A program made the translations under genes and the position numbers. The notes beneath the pieces are model-generated. The model saw nothing but the letters and a program-made list of their open reading frames with translations. It did not search any database and was not told the DNA's origin. A stretch of 64,000 nucleotides of DNA from Eledone cirrhosa. Lineage: Eukaryota. Below are positions 12,686 to 23,344 of this stretch, in pieces (the stretch's first letter is position 1; every line of letters begins with the position of its first letter). Location of the stretch: positions 364,002,001-364,066,000 of the forward strand of contig OZ024742.1 in the NCBI GenBank assembly GCA_964016885.1. The letters are read 5' to 3'.

Positions 12686-12987
12686 GTACATAGCTTGATG
12701 GTTAGATTATTAGGCTACCAATCATAGTGGCGAAAGTTCAATGCCATGGATGCATTGTTTCCTTGAACAAAACACTTTATTTCACAATGTTCCTGTACAC
12801 TGAGCTAGCAAAAATAATTAAGAAAATCACCCTTGTCACATATTCTGTTACCCCGAATCTGCGTTGGAAATTCATTTAACGTACACATGTCTGCAGAATG
12901 CGCAGACACTTGCATCTTAATTTATGAATCAGGCTATTCTACTTCTCAAAGAAGTGAGATACTCGCCACCGGAACAGATAGCTGTCC
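12686..12987 (+). mobile_element. Degenerate tRNA-derived SINE
   Basis: A-box-like 'tagcttgatggttag', B-box-like 'agttcaatgcc' and body 'ttgtttccttgaacaaaacactttatttcac'. Homologous copies lie at ~38255-38546(-) and ~52578-52845(+). Confidence 0.6.
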
Positions 12988-13286
12988 AAAACACACATAT
13001 TAAGACCACGGAAATGGTCAAAGGTAAAATTAAGCCTCGTGAGTTTCGAAATTAGAGCGCAGAATGTTGAAATGAATAGCTCCAGTATGTTAGATTCCAG
13101 TTTGTATGTATGGTACCGTAACTCCTTATAGAGTCGTAGGGGCGCCGTATTGAAATACGGCGTTTGTTGAGCAGTTTAGTTTAAGACTGATGGAACCCAT
13201 CCCTCTCCAGGCCTGTTTAGAGTAGATTTCTTTCAGAGAAAGATAGAAAGTGAGTGAGAGGAGATGAGAAAGAGATATAGAGGAAG

Positions 13287-13454
13287 AATCTACCCCAGTA
13301 CTAAACTAGTACTTTTTTTTAGCCACCTTGAAACGATAAAAAGCAAAGTTGACCTCGGCGCTATTTGATCCCAGAGTGCAGAGAGCCGTGACGAATACCA
13401 TACAGCGTTCTACCTGATGTTCTAACGTTCTAACGACTTTGCTAATTCGCTGCC
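13287..13454 (-). mobile_element. tRNA-derived SINE, same family as 7420-7603
   Basis: The reverse complement contains 'ggcagcgaattagcaaagtcgttag...cgccgaggtcaactttgctttttatcg...aaaaaagtactagt'. Confidence 0.6.
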
Positions 13455-13685
13455 CAAGTGCACTATAACCTCTGTACTAAATCCGTTTCTCTTAATGCTC
13501 AGTATATGTCTAACAACATTAATTATTATTTTGACATTAACACAAGGCTAGAGAGCGTGATTGGGGGGGGGGGGAGTCCTTTAAATGTAATTCATTAACC
13601 AAATTAAACTTTTTTTTATCGACTTCGATATGATCAAAGGTAAGAAGACAAAATGAATTTTGAAATCAATACGAAATAATGATTT

Positions 13686-13687
<2 letters not shown>

Positions 13688-13735
<48 letters not shown>
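13688..13735. repeat. (AAT)16 microsatellite at the 3' junction of Tx1 copy A
   Basis: Perfect AAT run. Confidence 0.95.
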
Positions 13736-13736
<1 letters not shown>

Positions 13737-13990
13737 TTTTCTTTATTAACCACAAGGGTTTACATAAAGTAGACATTAAGGACAGTACAGGACAGTACAG
13801 GACAATACAGGACGGTACAAATGGGCATTTCTGCGTGTAAAAAAAGTAGAGGATGTAATAAAATAACAAAGAAAAAATTCCCCAATAGGGGGGAGACTTC
13901 CGAGGCACATTTGTGGAGAAAGCCCATTAAAAGACCACAGTGACCCTGACCACCAGGACAAGTGCCCTCTCCCAGTTTTCCACCTTTAAT

Positions 13991-16900
13991 TTACAGACAC
14001 ATACTCAGAGTAGGTCCATTCACTCGGGCCATACTTGCTTCTCTCACCCATCTTTCAACAACATGCTGGGAAGAAAGCACTTCCCTCTCTACCCTGATTT
14101 TCCTTTTCAAATGAAATTTGAAAAAGTTAATCAGGGCATCACCGAAGAGGTATGTGCTCATCTTCAGCCCTTTCAAACGTGTCCACCATACTATCTCTTT
14201 CGCCATGGCCACCAGACAGATAAAAACTTCCTGCCCTTCCCGGCTAAAGGAAGAGGGCGGGGCAATCCTCACGATGGACTCAGCTGGTAGCTGGATCCGT
14301 CCTACACGTGACAGCAGGTGTTCGACATAATCCCACAAGTCAGCAATGCTCGGACACTGGACGAGTGCGTGCAGGACGGTTTCCTTGCCCTGCACGCATC
14401 TCGCTCGGACATGCCCGTCTGACGGCACCTCCATGCCTATAGAGTTTATCCCGAACTGGCAAAGCTCCCCGGTAGCACTGCCAGGCCAGGGATTTCTGGA
14501 AGTTGTCCATAGGCCCCGGCCCGAAAGTCCGTCCGAAGAGATTGGCTAGTTGATTTTCGTCGACGCCTAGAGTTTCTCCCAGTACGTCGTCGCACTTCCC
14601 CTCCACTAATCCTCTATAGAACGCCAAGGTGAAGTTTGCACCGATCACATTGCCCGATTGGTCGAGGGCTGTGAGCGCTTGAAGACATTCGAGTCTCCAG
14701 GCGCTCCCTCTCGGTCTTCGCTTGACCCAGGACTGCAGCTCCGTCAAGGAGACGAGCTGGGGAATACGTGTCTAGCAAACGGCGCCCACTCCTGATCACC
14801 GTCGAGGAAGAAGTGGAGATGTCATAGCCTGAGCGTATGTCTGCGCATCATCAGCCACGGCATGCCCAGCCCTCCATGTAGCGGGTGTTGATAGCAGATG
14901 GACCGCCTGACCATCGGAGCGCGTCCCTTCCACAAAAAGAGAAAGAGCAAACGCTCCAGCGCAGTCAGGCGGGGCTTAGGACAAGGTACGACGGTCAGGC
15001 GGTAGTAGATGACGGATGCGATGTACGCGTTAATCACCCCCGCTCGACCTTTCAGGGATAGCTTCCTCTCCGCCCATTTCTGGGTGAGAGGAGCCACCCT
15101 GCTCGTCACCTCGTCCCAGTTTTTGTCCGTCTGGAGGTCCGGACCGAACCAGACCCCTAGCAATTTAACCGGTCCGTCCGTCCAGCGCCCAACGACGCTG
15201 TTGGATGGCATGGACCTGCCTCTCCAGGTGCCGAGCTGCAGGCCCACTGACTTTTCCTGGTTGATCATTGCTCCTGTCACCGCTTCGTATTCTCTTAGTG
15301 TAGTGCCGATCGCCTCGATGTGTTTGGTATTCGACATCACTACGGTGACATGGTCCGCATATGCTGACACGGATCTTCCGCATCCTAGTTCGCGCGGGAC
15401 CCCCCTCAACGTCTACAGTTTGTGCAGTAATGGCTCGAGAGTCAATACGTACAAGAGGGACGAGAGGGGACATCCTTGGCGAACCGAGCGCATGATGTTG
15501 AACGGTTCCGAAAGGTGACCGTTCACTCTCACCACAGAGCAGATGTCGCTGTGCATGGCAGCGATCCAGCCTCTGAAGACGGGCCCAAAGCCAGCCGCCC
15601 TCAGGACTGCTGCTAGGTAACGATGGTCGACCCTATCGAAAGCTTTCGACTGATCTAAATTGATTTAGGACCCACCAGTGCCAGATTCCCTAGCTACCCT
15701 CTCTACGATGTATCGCATGAGGTGGAGGTTGTCGTGGATGGATCTATCGGGAATGGCTCACGTCTGTGCCTCTCCCACCAGACCACCAACGACAAGCGCC
15801 AATCTCTTTGCTAGCACCTTGGCCAAAATCTTGAACTCTTTGTTTAGCAGAGTTATGGGCCTAAAATTATCTATGTTATCCCCCTTGTTCGGATCCTTTC
15901 TCAGCAGCGCCACCGCTCCTCGGCTCACAGAACTGGGAATTCTCCCGTTCTGTTGCCAGTTGCAGTAGACTTCCGCCAAGAGGCCTCCGAACAAGTCTGG
16001 CATCTGTACATAAAGTTCATAGGGCAGACCATCCAAACCATACGATTTACCCCTTGTGCAGCCAGTCATTGCCTCCCGTACTTCAACGGCTGTTATCGGC
16101 TTTTCGCAACACTCATCCTCAGTGGCCGAGAGCCGCAGCAGTCCGTTGAGGTAGACACTAAAGTCCATCCCTCGATTCGGCCCGCCGCTACCCCCGAACA
16201 TCTGTGCGAATTGTCGCTGAAAAGCTTCACACATTTTCCCGGGATCGTGCAGCATGCGCCCGTCGTGGTCCACCAAAGACCGGATCGTGGCTTTGTTGCC
16301 ACGACGCGCCTCCGCCACTCGCACCCTAGCTCTGACAACGCAGCCTTCGTGCTTTGTATTGAATAATTGGTAAAGGGCCAATTTCGCCGCAACTACGCCG
16401 GTCGCGATGCCTTTGCTAAGCGCCTCGTCTAATTTTCTAACTAATTCTCCCTCTGCTCTATTTTTCTCTATTGTTAAAGCCTTACTAAACCTAATGGACT
16501 CTATTCTTATTGCTCTTTTCAGAGCAAACCACCACTTGTTGTTGACGATGGCCCCCGTCAACGCCCGCTTAACTAGTTCGCTAATCCGGTCTCTGTAGGC
16601 CTTGCGCGCTGGTAAGGACGCGTTTAGCTTCCAGTAGCCGGGTCCTCGTCTATGAAGCCTATCTAAGTCAAGCACACAGATCACGAATTTGTGGTCCGTG
16701 TAGCTGACTATCTTGAATTGTGGACAGCCTATGCTAGACCTATCTATTTCCCTACAAAATACTCTATCTAGATATGATCTGGATGACGCTATGCGATTTG
16801 TACAAGTCCACATTGACACATTCCGGAAATCCAATCGGTACCTGTCAGACAGTTCAAAACTCCTGGGCAGGTTGGTGAGGCTCTTGCACCCTCCTCCCCT

Positions 16901-17325
16901 ATCCGCTAATCCCACACAGTCCCAGCGTGCATCTAAGATCTCTAGACGCCGGAAGAAATCATGCCGCCCTGCTCCTGTCGGGCCATAGACGGCCACTATC
17001 CTGAAAGCTTGCCCGTCTCCGCTGGTCAGGTCTAGCACCACCAACTTACCTTCTTGTTCTAGGAAGATGGCCCGTATGGCGAGATCAAAACCTCTCCGAA
17101 AAAGCACAGCAATTCCCCCCCCCCCCCCGATCCCGTACAGCTGGGAGATGCGTACACATCGTAGCCGCCGAAGATCGGTGCGAAGGCCCGTGCTTCGGAG
17201 ATTCTGGTCTCGCTGATGGCCACTACATGTATGTTTAATGACTTGAGGTCGTTGAGCAGGTGGCCCTGCTTCCATGACGACTCCAAGCCACGCGCATTTA
17301 TGCTGCCTATTTTGAGTGAGGTCAT
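13991..17325 (-). pseudogene. Tx1 copy A ORF2 (APE endonuclease-RT), disrupted
   Basis: Starts MTSLKIGSINARGL and is colinear with intact ORF2 19890-23309. Has frameshifts and stops, a 17-aa deletion removing GDWN, and YADD changed to YADH. Confidence 0.92.
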
Positions 17326-17359
17326 GTTGAAATGGAGTGGACAAGATGGGAAAGACCAC

Positions 17360-19307
17360 TTACCTTACTTCTCGTAGAAGAAGGGTCGTTTCTCCATCCT
17401 TTTCACGGCTTGTAGCCTCCTCCAGAAGGATGTCCTTATAAATCCCCCTGGAGAGTGTTTGTCGGAAGTCTCCGATGTCTTTGGGGAATTTTTGTTTTAG
17501 TGTCGTGTACGTTTTCTGTGTGATGCGAGTGATTTGTATGTGTGGAGGTGGTGTGAACTTTTGGGTTGTTGTGTAGTCTTTTTCTGTGATGCTGGTGTTG
17601 TGTTGGATGTAGTGTAATAATTGGTTGTTGTTCAAATTTAATGCTGTGTAGTGTGTAACGTTTTGGTTGTTTTGTTTTGTTTGCGTTTGTTGTTGCGTTT
17701 CTGTTTCGCTTTTTGGTGACTTTTGTGGTGTCGGTGATGGTGGTGTTGGGGTTAATGATGGTGATGGTGTGGGTGTTTGTGGTGGTGGGGTTGGTGATGT
17801 TAGTGTGGATGGTGGCATATCTGTCCTAACTTTTTTGTTTGATAGTTTATTTGTTTCCCTCTGTATTTTGTTTTTGGAGGGGGAGGGAAGAGAATTTTTT
17901 TCTTTTTTGGTTTCTTTTTTTCTTTTTTCCTAATACCGTTTCCCACTCCTCGTCGTCACAATCTGTCTCCAGTTGTGATAGGCCGGGGAGTGGAAAATCC
18001 TCCACAGGCGTTGGTTTTGGTTGTGGCGTGGTGGATGGTGTAGGCGCTGGTGCTAGTTCTGGCGCGTTGGGTGGTGGTGGTGTTGGTTTTGCTACTGTTG
18101 CTGGGGTTGTTGCTGTTACAGTTGCTTCTGTTGTTGCTGCCACAGTTGTTGCTGCCATCACTTCTGCTGGTGCTGTTGATGGTTGAGTCACTGGGGTGGG
18201 TAAGAGAGGTGGCCTCAACCTTTTAGCCTGAGGGCAGAAAGCCCTTAGGTGGGTTCCTTCACCACAAACGACACACCTAGGCCTTCTGCCCTCACCGATT
18301 ACGGTGAGGTGGCTGCCGTCAGTGAGGTCTATTACCTCTGGGATCTCCTCAATGCTTTTTTGGTCCGCTTGGATCAGGAGCTCCATCCCTGATCCGGACC
18401 AGATCTCCTGCTTTTCTTTCACTATTTCGATTAAGTTGGTGTTGGCTTTGATGCCGGCGAGGACGGCAGCTATTAGCCAGGGAATTTCGATGGCCGGTGG
18501 AACGTGGGTCACCCTGATCTTTACGAGTCTCTGGCCACAATAGCTTGGGACGAGTGTGAAGTCGTCACTTCTTAATGGGGCCATGGAGTGTTCTCTAGCA
18601 TCCTGTGGTGTTTCAAAGAACACGTACACGGTTCCATATTTCTGCCCACCTCTGATGTGGGTTTTTTTTGCCCACACATGTCCCAAAGCCTTTTGGATTT
18701 GGGACTCGGATGCCCGTTCCACTCGGCGCGATTTTATATTAATTGTTCGATGAGACACGGTGCATAGGCGCCGATGCTCCATTTTATTAGGTGTGTGTGT
18801 GTGGGGGGGTGGGGTGATACTGACCCTGTACCCATCTTTCTTTACCATTTTTTTGGCTTCTTCTAATTCCTCCTGAGTTACCTGAAATTCTCCGCACTAT
18901 TTTGCTACTCTGGCAAAACTCAGGGTGGTTTTCTTAATTTCATTGTTGCTGTTGTTGTTATCGTTATTTTTGTTAATATTAATTTTAGTTTCAGTTGTGG
19001 TGGTGGTGGCGTCAGTGGTGTTCGGTGTGGAAGAGTTGATTTTGGTTGAATTCATTTCGATATCACGAGTTAATTTATTTTTTTCTTTTGTTTCTGTTGT
19101 CGCGGTGGTGGTGGGTGTGGTGGTGGTGGTGGCGGCTTTAACACCTACAGTCATTGGTAATGGCGGGAAATGAATGTCTGCCTGAGACAAATTAAAAATA
19201 TTGCTACTGCTTATATTTTTAGTGTTGGCAAACGTAGTAATATTTACAATGGTGGTGTCGGTGTGATGTGTTAGTTTGTGAGGAAGGAGTGACCCTGAGT
19301 CATCCAT
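17360..19307 (-). pseudogene. Tx1 copy A ORF1 (CCHC knuckle), disrupted
   Basis: Fragments 18897-19307, 17847-18848 and 17360-17818. Carries the SFARVAK motif, CVVCGEGTHLRAFC and a Pro/Thr-rich tail. Confidence 0.85.
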
Positions 19308-19521
19308 GATTTTTCAAAGAAAAATTTTTGTTTGATAATTATAAAAGTTTAAATTTTGGGCTCAAGGCCCCAATCTTTTTGGGTGTCCTTTTCAGATAAC
19401 AATGTATGTGCACTTATATACAGTTAACAATAAAAAATTTCCATGAATAGTAATTTTAAACAACTGAAAATAACAAACATTTGCGGAGCTCACGATGATA
19501 CGATTTACTACGGAGGTCGCC

Positions 19522-19630
<109 letters not shown>

Positions 19631-19889
19631 TTTCTTTATTAACCACAAGGGTTTACATAAAGTAGACATTAAGGACAGTGCAGGACAATGCAGGACGGTA
19701 CAAATGGGCATTTCTGCGTGTAAAAAACAAAAACAGAGGATGTAACAAAAATAACAATGAAAATAACAATGAAAAATTCCCCAATAGGGGGGAGACTTCG
19801 GAGGGACATTTGTGGAGAAAGCCCAGTAAAAAGCCACAATGACCCTGACCACCAAGGCAAGTGCCCTCTCCCAGTTTTCCACCTTTAGT

Positions 19890-22800
19890 TTACAGATATA
19901 TACTCAGAGTCAGCCCATTCACTCGGGCCATTCTTGCTTCTCTCACCCATCTTTCAACAAAATGCTGGGAAGAGAGCACTTCCTTCTCTACTCTGATTTT
20001 CCTTTTCAAATGAAATTTGAAAAAGTCAATCAGAGCATCACCGAAGAGGTAAGTGCTCGTCTTCAGCCCTTTCAAACGTGTCCACCATACTATCTCTTTC
20101 GCCATGGCCACCAGACAGATAAAAACTGCCTGCCCTTCCCGGCTAAAGGAGGAGGGCGGGGCAATCCTCACGATAGACTCAGATGATAGCTGGATCCGTC
20201 CTAAACGCGACAGCAGGTGTTCGACATAAACCCACAAGTCAGCAATTTTCGGACACTGGACGAGTGCGTGCAGGACGGTTTCGTCGCCCTGCGCGCATCT
20301 CGGACATGCCCGGCTGACGGCACCTCCATGCCTGTAGAGTTTATCCCGAACTGGCAAGGCTCCTCGGTAGCACTGCCAGGCCAGAGATTTCTGGAAGTTG
20401 TCCATAGGCCCTGGCCCGAAAGTTCTTCCGAAGAGATTGGCTAGTTGATTTTCGTCGACGCCTAGAGTTTCCCCAAGTACGTCGTCGCTCTTCCCCTCCA
20501 CTAATCCTCTATAGAACGCCGAGGTGGAGTTTCCACCGATCACATTGCCCGATTGGTCGAGGGCTGTGAGCGCCTGAAGACATTCCAGTCTCCAGGCGCT
20601 CCCTCTCGGTCTTCGCTTGACCCAGGACTGCAGCTCCGTCAAGGAAACGAGCTGGGGAAAAACGCGTCTAGCAAACGGCGACCACACCTGATCACCGTCG
20701 AGGAAGAGGTGGAGATGTCGTAGCCTGAGCGCGTGCCTGCGCATCATCAGCCACGGCATGCCCAGCCCTCCACGTAGCGGGTGTTGACAACAGATGGACC
20801 GCCTGACCATCGGAGCACGTCCCTTCCACAAAAAGCGAAAGAGCAAACGCTCCAGCGCAGTCAGGCGAGGCTTAGGACAAGGTACGACGGTTAGGCGGTA
20901 GCAGATGACAGACGCGATGTACGCGTTAGCCACCTCCGCTCGACCTTTCAGGGATAGCTTCCTCTCGGCCCATTTCTGGGTGAGAGAAGCCACCCTGCTC
21001 GTCACCTCGTCCCAGTTTTTGTCCGTCTGGAGGTCCGGACCGAACCAGACCCCTAGCAATTTAACCGGTCCGTCCGTCCAGCGCCCGACGACGCTGTTGG
21101 ACGGCATGGACATGCCTCTCCAGGTGCCGAGCTGCAGGCCCACTGACTTTTCCTGGTTGATCATTGCTCCTGTCACCGCTTCGTATTCTCTTAGTGTAGT
21201 GCCGATCGCCTCGATGTGTTTGGCGTTCGACACCACTACGGTGACATCGTCCGCATATGCTGACACGGATCTTCCGCATCCTAGTTCGCGCGGGACTCCC
21301 CTCAACGTCTCCAGTTTGTGCAGTAATGGCTCGAGAGTCAATACGTACAAGAGGGACGAGAGGGGACATCCTTGGCGGACCGAGCGCATGATGTTGAACG
21401 GTTCCGACAGGTGACCGTTCACTCTCACCACAGAGCAGATGTCGCTGTGCATGGCAGCGATCCAGCCTCTGAAGACGGGCCCAAAGCCAGCCGCCCTCAG
21501 GACTGCCGCTAGGTAATGATGGTCGACCCTATCGAAAGCTTTCGACTGATCTAAATTGATCAAGGACCCACCCGTGCCAGGTTCCCTAGCTACCCTCTCT
21601 ACGATGTATCGCATGAGGTGGAGGTTGTCGTGGATGGATCTGTCGGGAATGGCGCATGTCTGCGCCTCTCCCACCAGACCACCAACGACAAGCGCCAACC
21701 TCTTTGCTAGCACCTTGGCCAAAATCTTAAACTCTGTGTTTAGCAGAGTTATGGGCCGGAAATTGTCTATGTTATCCCCCTTGTTCGGATCCTTTCTCAG
21801 CAGTGCCACCGCTCCTCGGCTCACAGAACTGGGAATTCTCCCGTTCTGTTGCCAGTTGCAGTAGACGTCCGCCAAGAGGCCTCCGAACAAGTCTGGCATC
21901 TGTACGTAAAGTTCATAGGGCAGACCATCCAAACCAGGCGATTTACCCCTTGTGCAGCCAGTCATTGCCTCCCGTACTTCAGCGGCTGTTATCGGCTTTT
22001 CGCAACACTTCGCCTCAGTGGCCGAGAGCCGCGGCAGTCCGTCGAGGTAGACACTAAAGTCCATCCCTCTACCCGGCCCCCCGCTGCCCCCGAACAGCTG
22101 AGCGAAGTGTCGCTGAAAAGCTTCACACATTTGCCCGGGATCGAGTAGCATGCGCCCGTCGTGGTCCACCAAAGACCGGATCGTGGCTTTGTTGCCACGA
22201 CGCGCCTCCGCCACTCGGGCCCATTGAACGGCTTTCGTCCCCTCGTGTCTGAGAGCACGCACCCTAGCTCTGACAACGCAGCCTTCGTGCTTTGCATTGA
22301 AGAATTGGTCAAGGGCCAATTTCGCCGCAAGCACGTCGGTCGCAATGCCTTTGCTAAGCGCCTCGTCTAATTTTCTAACTAGTTCTCCCTCTGCTCTATT
22401 TTTCTTTATTGCTAAAGCCTTACTAAACCTAATCGATTCTATTCTAATCGCTCTTTTCAGAGCAAACCACCACTTGTTGTTGACGATGGCCCCCGTCAAC
22501 GCCCGCTTAACTAGTTCGCTAATCCGGTCTCTGTAGGCCTTGCGCGCTGGTAAGGACGCGTTTAGCTTCCAGTAGCCGGGTCCTCGTCTATGAAGCCTAT
22601 CTAAGTCAAGCACACAGGTCACGAATTTGTGGTCCGTGTAGCTGACTATCTTGAATTGTGGACAGCCTATGCTAGACCTATCTATTTCCCTACAAAATAC
22701 TCTATCTAGATATGATCTGGATGACGCTATGCGGTTTGTCCAAGTCCACATTGGCACATTCGGGAAATCCAATCGGTACCTGTCAGACAGTTCAAAACGC

Positions 22801-23309
22801 CTGAGCAGGTTGGTGAGGCTCTTGCACCCTCCACCCCTATCCGCTAATCCCACACAGTCCCAGCGTGCATCTAAGATCCCGTTCCAGTCGCCCACTAACA
22901 CTAAAGAGCGCGACGTTCCAAGAAAGGTCTCCAGACGCCGGAAGAAATCAGGCCGCCCTGCTCCTGTCGGGGCATAGACGGCCACTAGCCTGAAAGCTTG
23001 CCCGTTTCCGCTGGTCACGTCCAGCACCACCAGCTTACCCTCTGGGTCCAGGAAGATGGCCCGTATGGCGAGATCCAAACCTCTCCGAAAAAGCACAGCA
23101 ACTCCTCCACCCGATCCAGGACGGCTGGGAGATGCGTACACATCGTAGCCGCCGAAGATCGGTGCGAAGGCCCGTGCTTCGGAGATTCTGGTCTCGCTGA
23201 TGGCCACTACATCTATGTTTAGTGACCTGAGGTCGTTGAGCAGGTGACCCTGCTTCCATGACGACCCCAAGCCACGCGCATTTATGCTGCCTATTCTGAG
23301 TGAGGTCAT
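19890..23309 (-). CDS. LINE ORF2: APE endonuclease + reverse transcriptase + C-terminal CCHC (1139 aa)
   Basis: APE motifs GSINARGL, SETR, VYAP, GDWN and TDH. RT motifs PGLDG, FRPITLLN, DQSKAFD, QGCPLS and YADD. C-terminal CPRC..ETVLHALVQC. Confidence 0.97.
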   Translation of the reverse strand: MTSLRIGSINARGLGSSWKQGHLLNDLRSLNIDVVAISETRISEARAFAPIFGGYDVYASPSRPGSGGGVAVLFRRGLDLAIRAIFLDPEGKLVVLDVTSGNGQAFRLVAVYAPTGAGRPDFFRRLETFLGTSRSLVLVGDWNGILDARWDCVGLADRGGGCKSLTNLLRRFELSDRYRLDFPNVPMWTWTNRIASSRSYLDRVFCREIDRSSIGCPQFKIVSYTDHKFVTCVLDLDRLHRRGPGYWKLNASLPARKAYRDRISELVKRALTGAIVNNKWWFALKRAIRIESIRFSKALAIKKNRAEGELVRKLDEALSKGIATDVLAAKLALDQFFNAKHEGCVVRARVRALRHEGTKAVQWARVAEARRGNKATIRSLVDHDGRMLLDPGQMCEAFQRHFAQLFGGSGGPGRGMDFSVYLDGLPRLSATEAKCCEKPITAAEVREAMTGCTRGKSPGLDGLPYELYVQMPDLFGGLLADVYCNWQQNGRIPSSVSRGAVALLRKDPNKGDNIDNFRPITLLNTEFKILAKVLAKRLALVVGGLVGEAQTCAIPDRSIHDNLHLMRYIVERVAREPGTGGSLINLDQSKAFDRVDHHYLAAVLRAAGFGPVFRGWIAAMHSDICSVVRVNGHLSEPFNIMRSVRQGCPLSSLLYVLTLEPLLHKLETLRGVPRELGCGRSVSAYADDVTVVVSNAKHIEAIGTTLREYEAVTGAMINQEKSVGLQLGTWRGMSMPSNSVVGRWTDGPVKLLGVWFGPDLQTDKNWDEVTSRVASLTQKWAERKLSLKGRAEVANAYIASVICYRLTVVPCPKPRLTALERLLFRFLWKGRAPMVRRSICCQHPLRGGLGMPWLMMRRHALRLRHLHLFLDGDQVWSPFARRVFPQLVSLTELQSWVKRRPRGSAWRLECLQALTALDQSGNVIGGNSTSAFYRGLVEGKSDDVLGETLGVDENQLANLFGRTFGPGPMDNFQKSLAWQCYRGALPVRDKLYRHGGAVSRACPRCAQGDETVLHALVQCPKIADLWVYVEHLLSRLGRIQLSSESIVRIAPPSSFSREGQAVFICLVAMAKEIVWWTRLKGLKTSTYLFGDALIDFFKFHLKRKIRVEKEVLSSQHFVERWVREARMARVNGLTLSIYL

Positions 23310-23344
23310 GTTTAAAATAGAGTGGAAAAGATGGGAAAGACCAC

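Larger units (their letters stand above)
13736..19521 (-). mobile_element. Tx1-clade LINE copy A (full-length, inactivated)
   Basis: Contains 5' UTR, broken ORF1, broken APE-RT ORF2 and a 3' UTR ending AATAAAGAAAAC. (AAT)n lies on both sides. Confidence 0.92.
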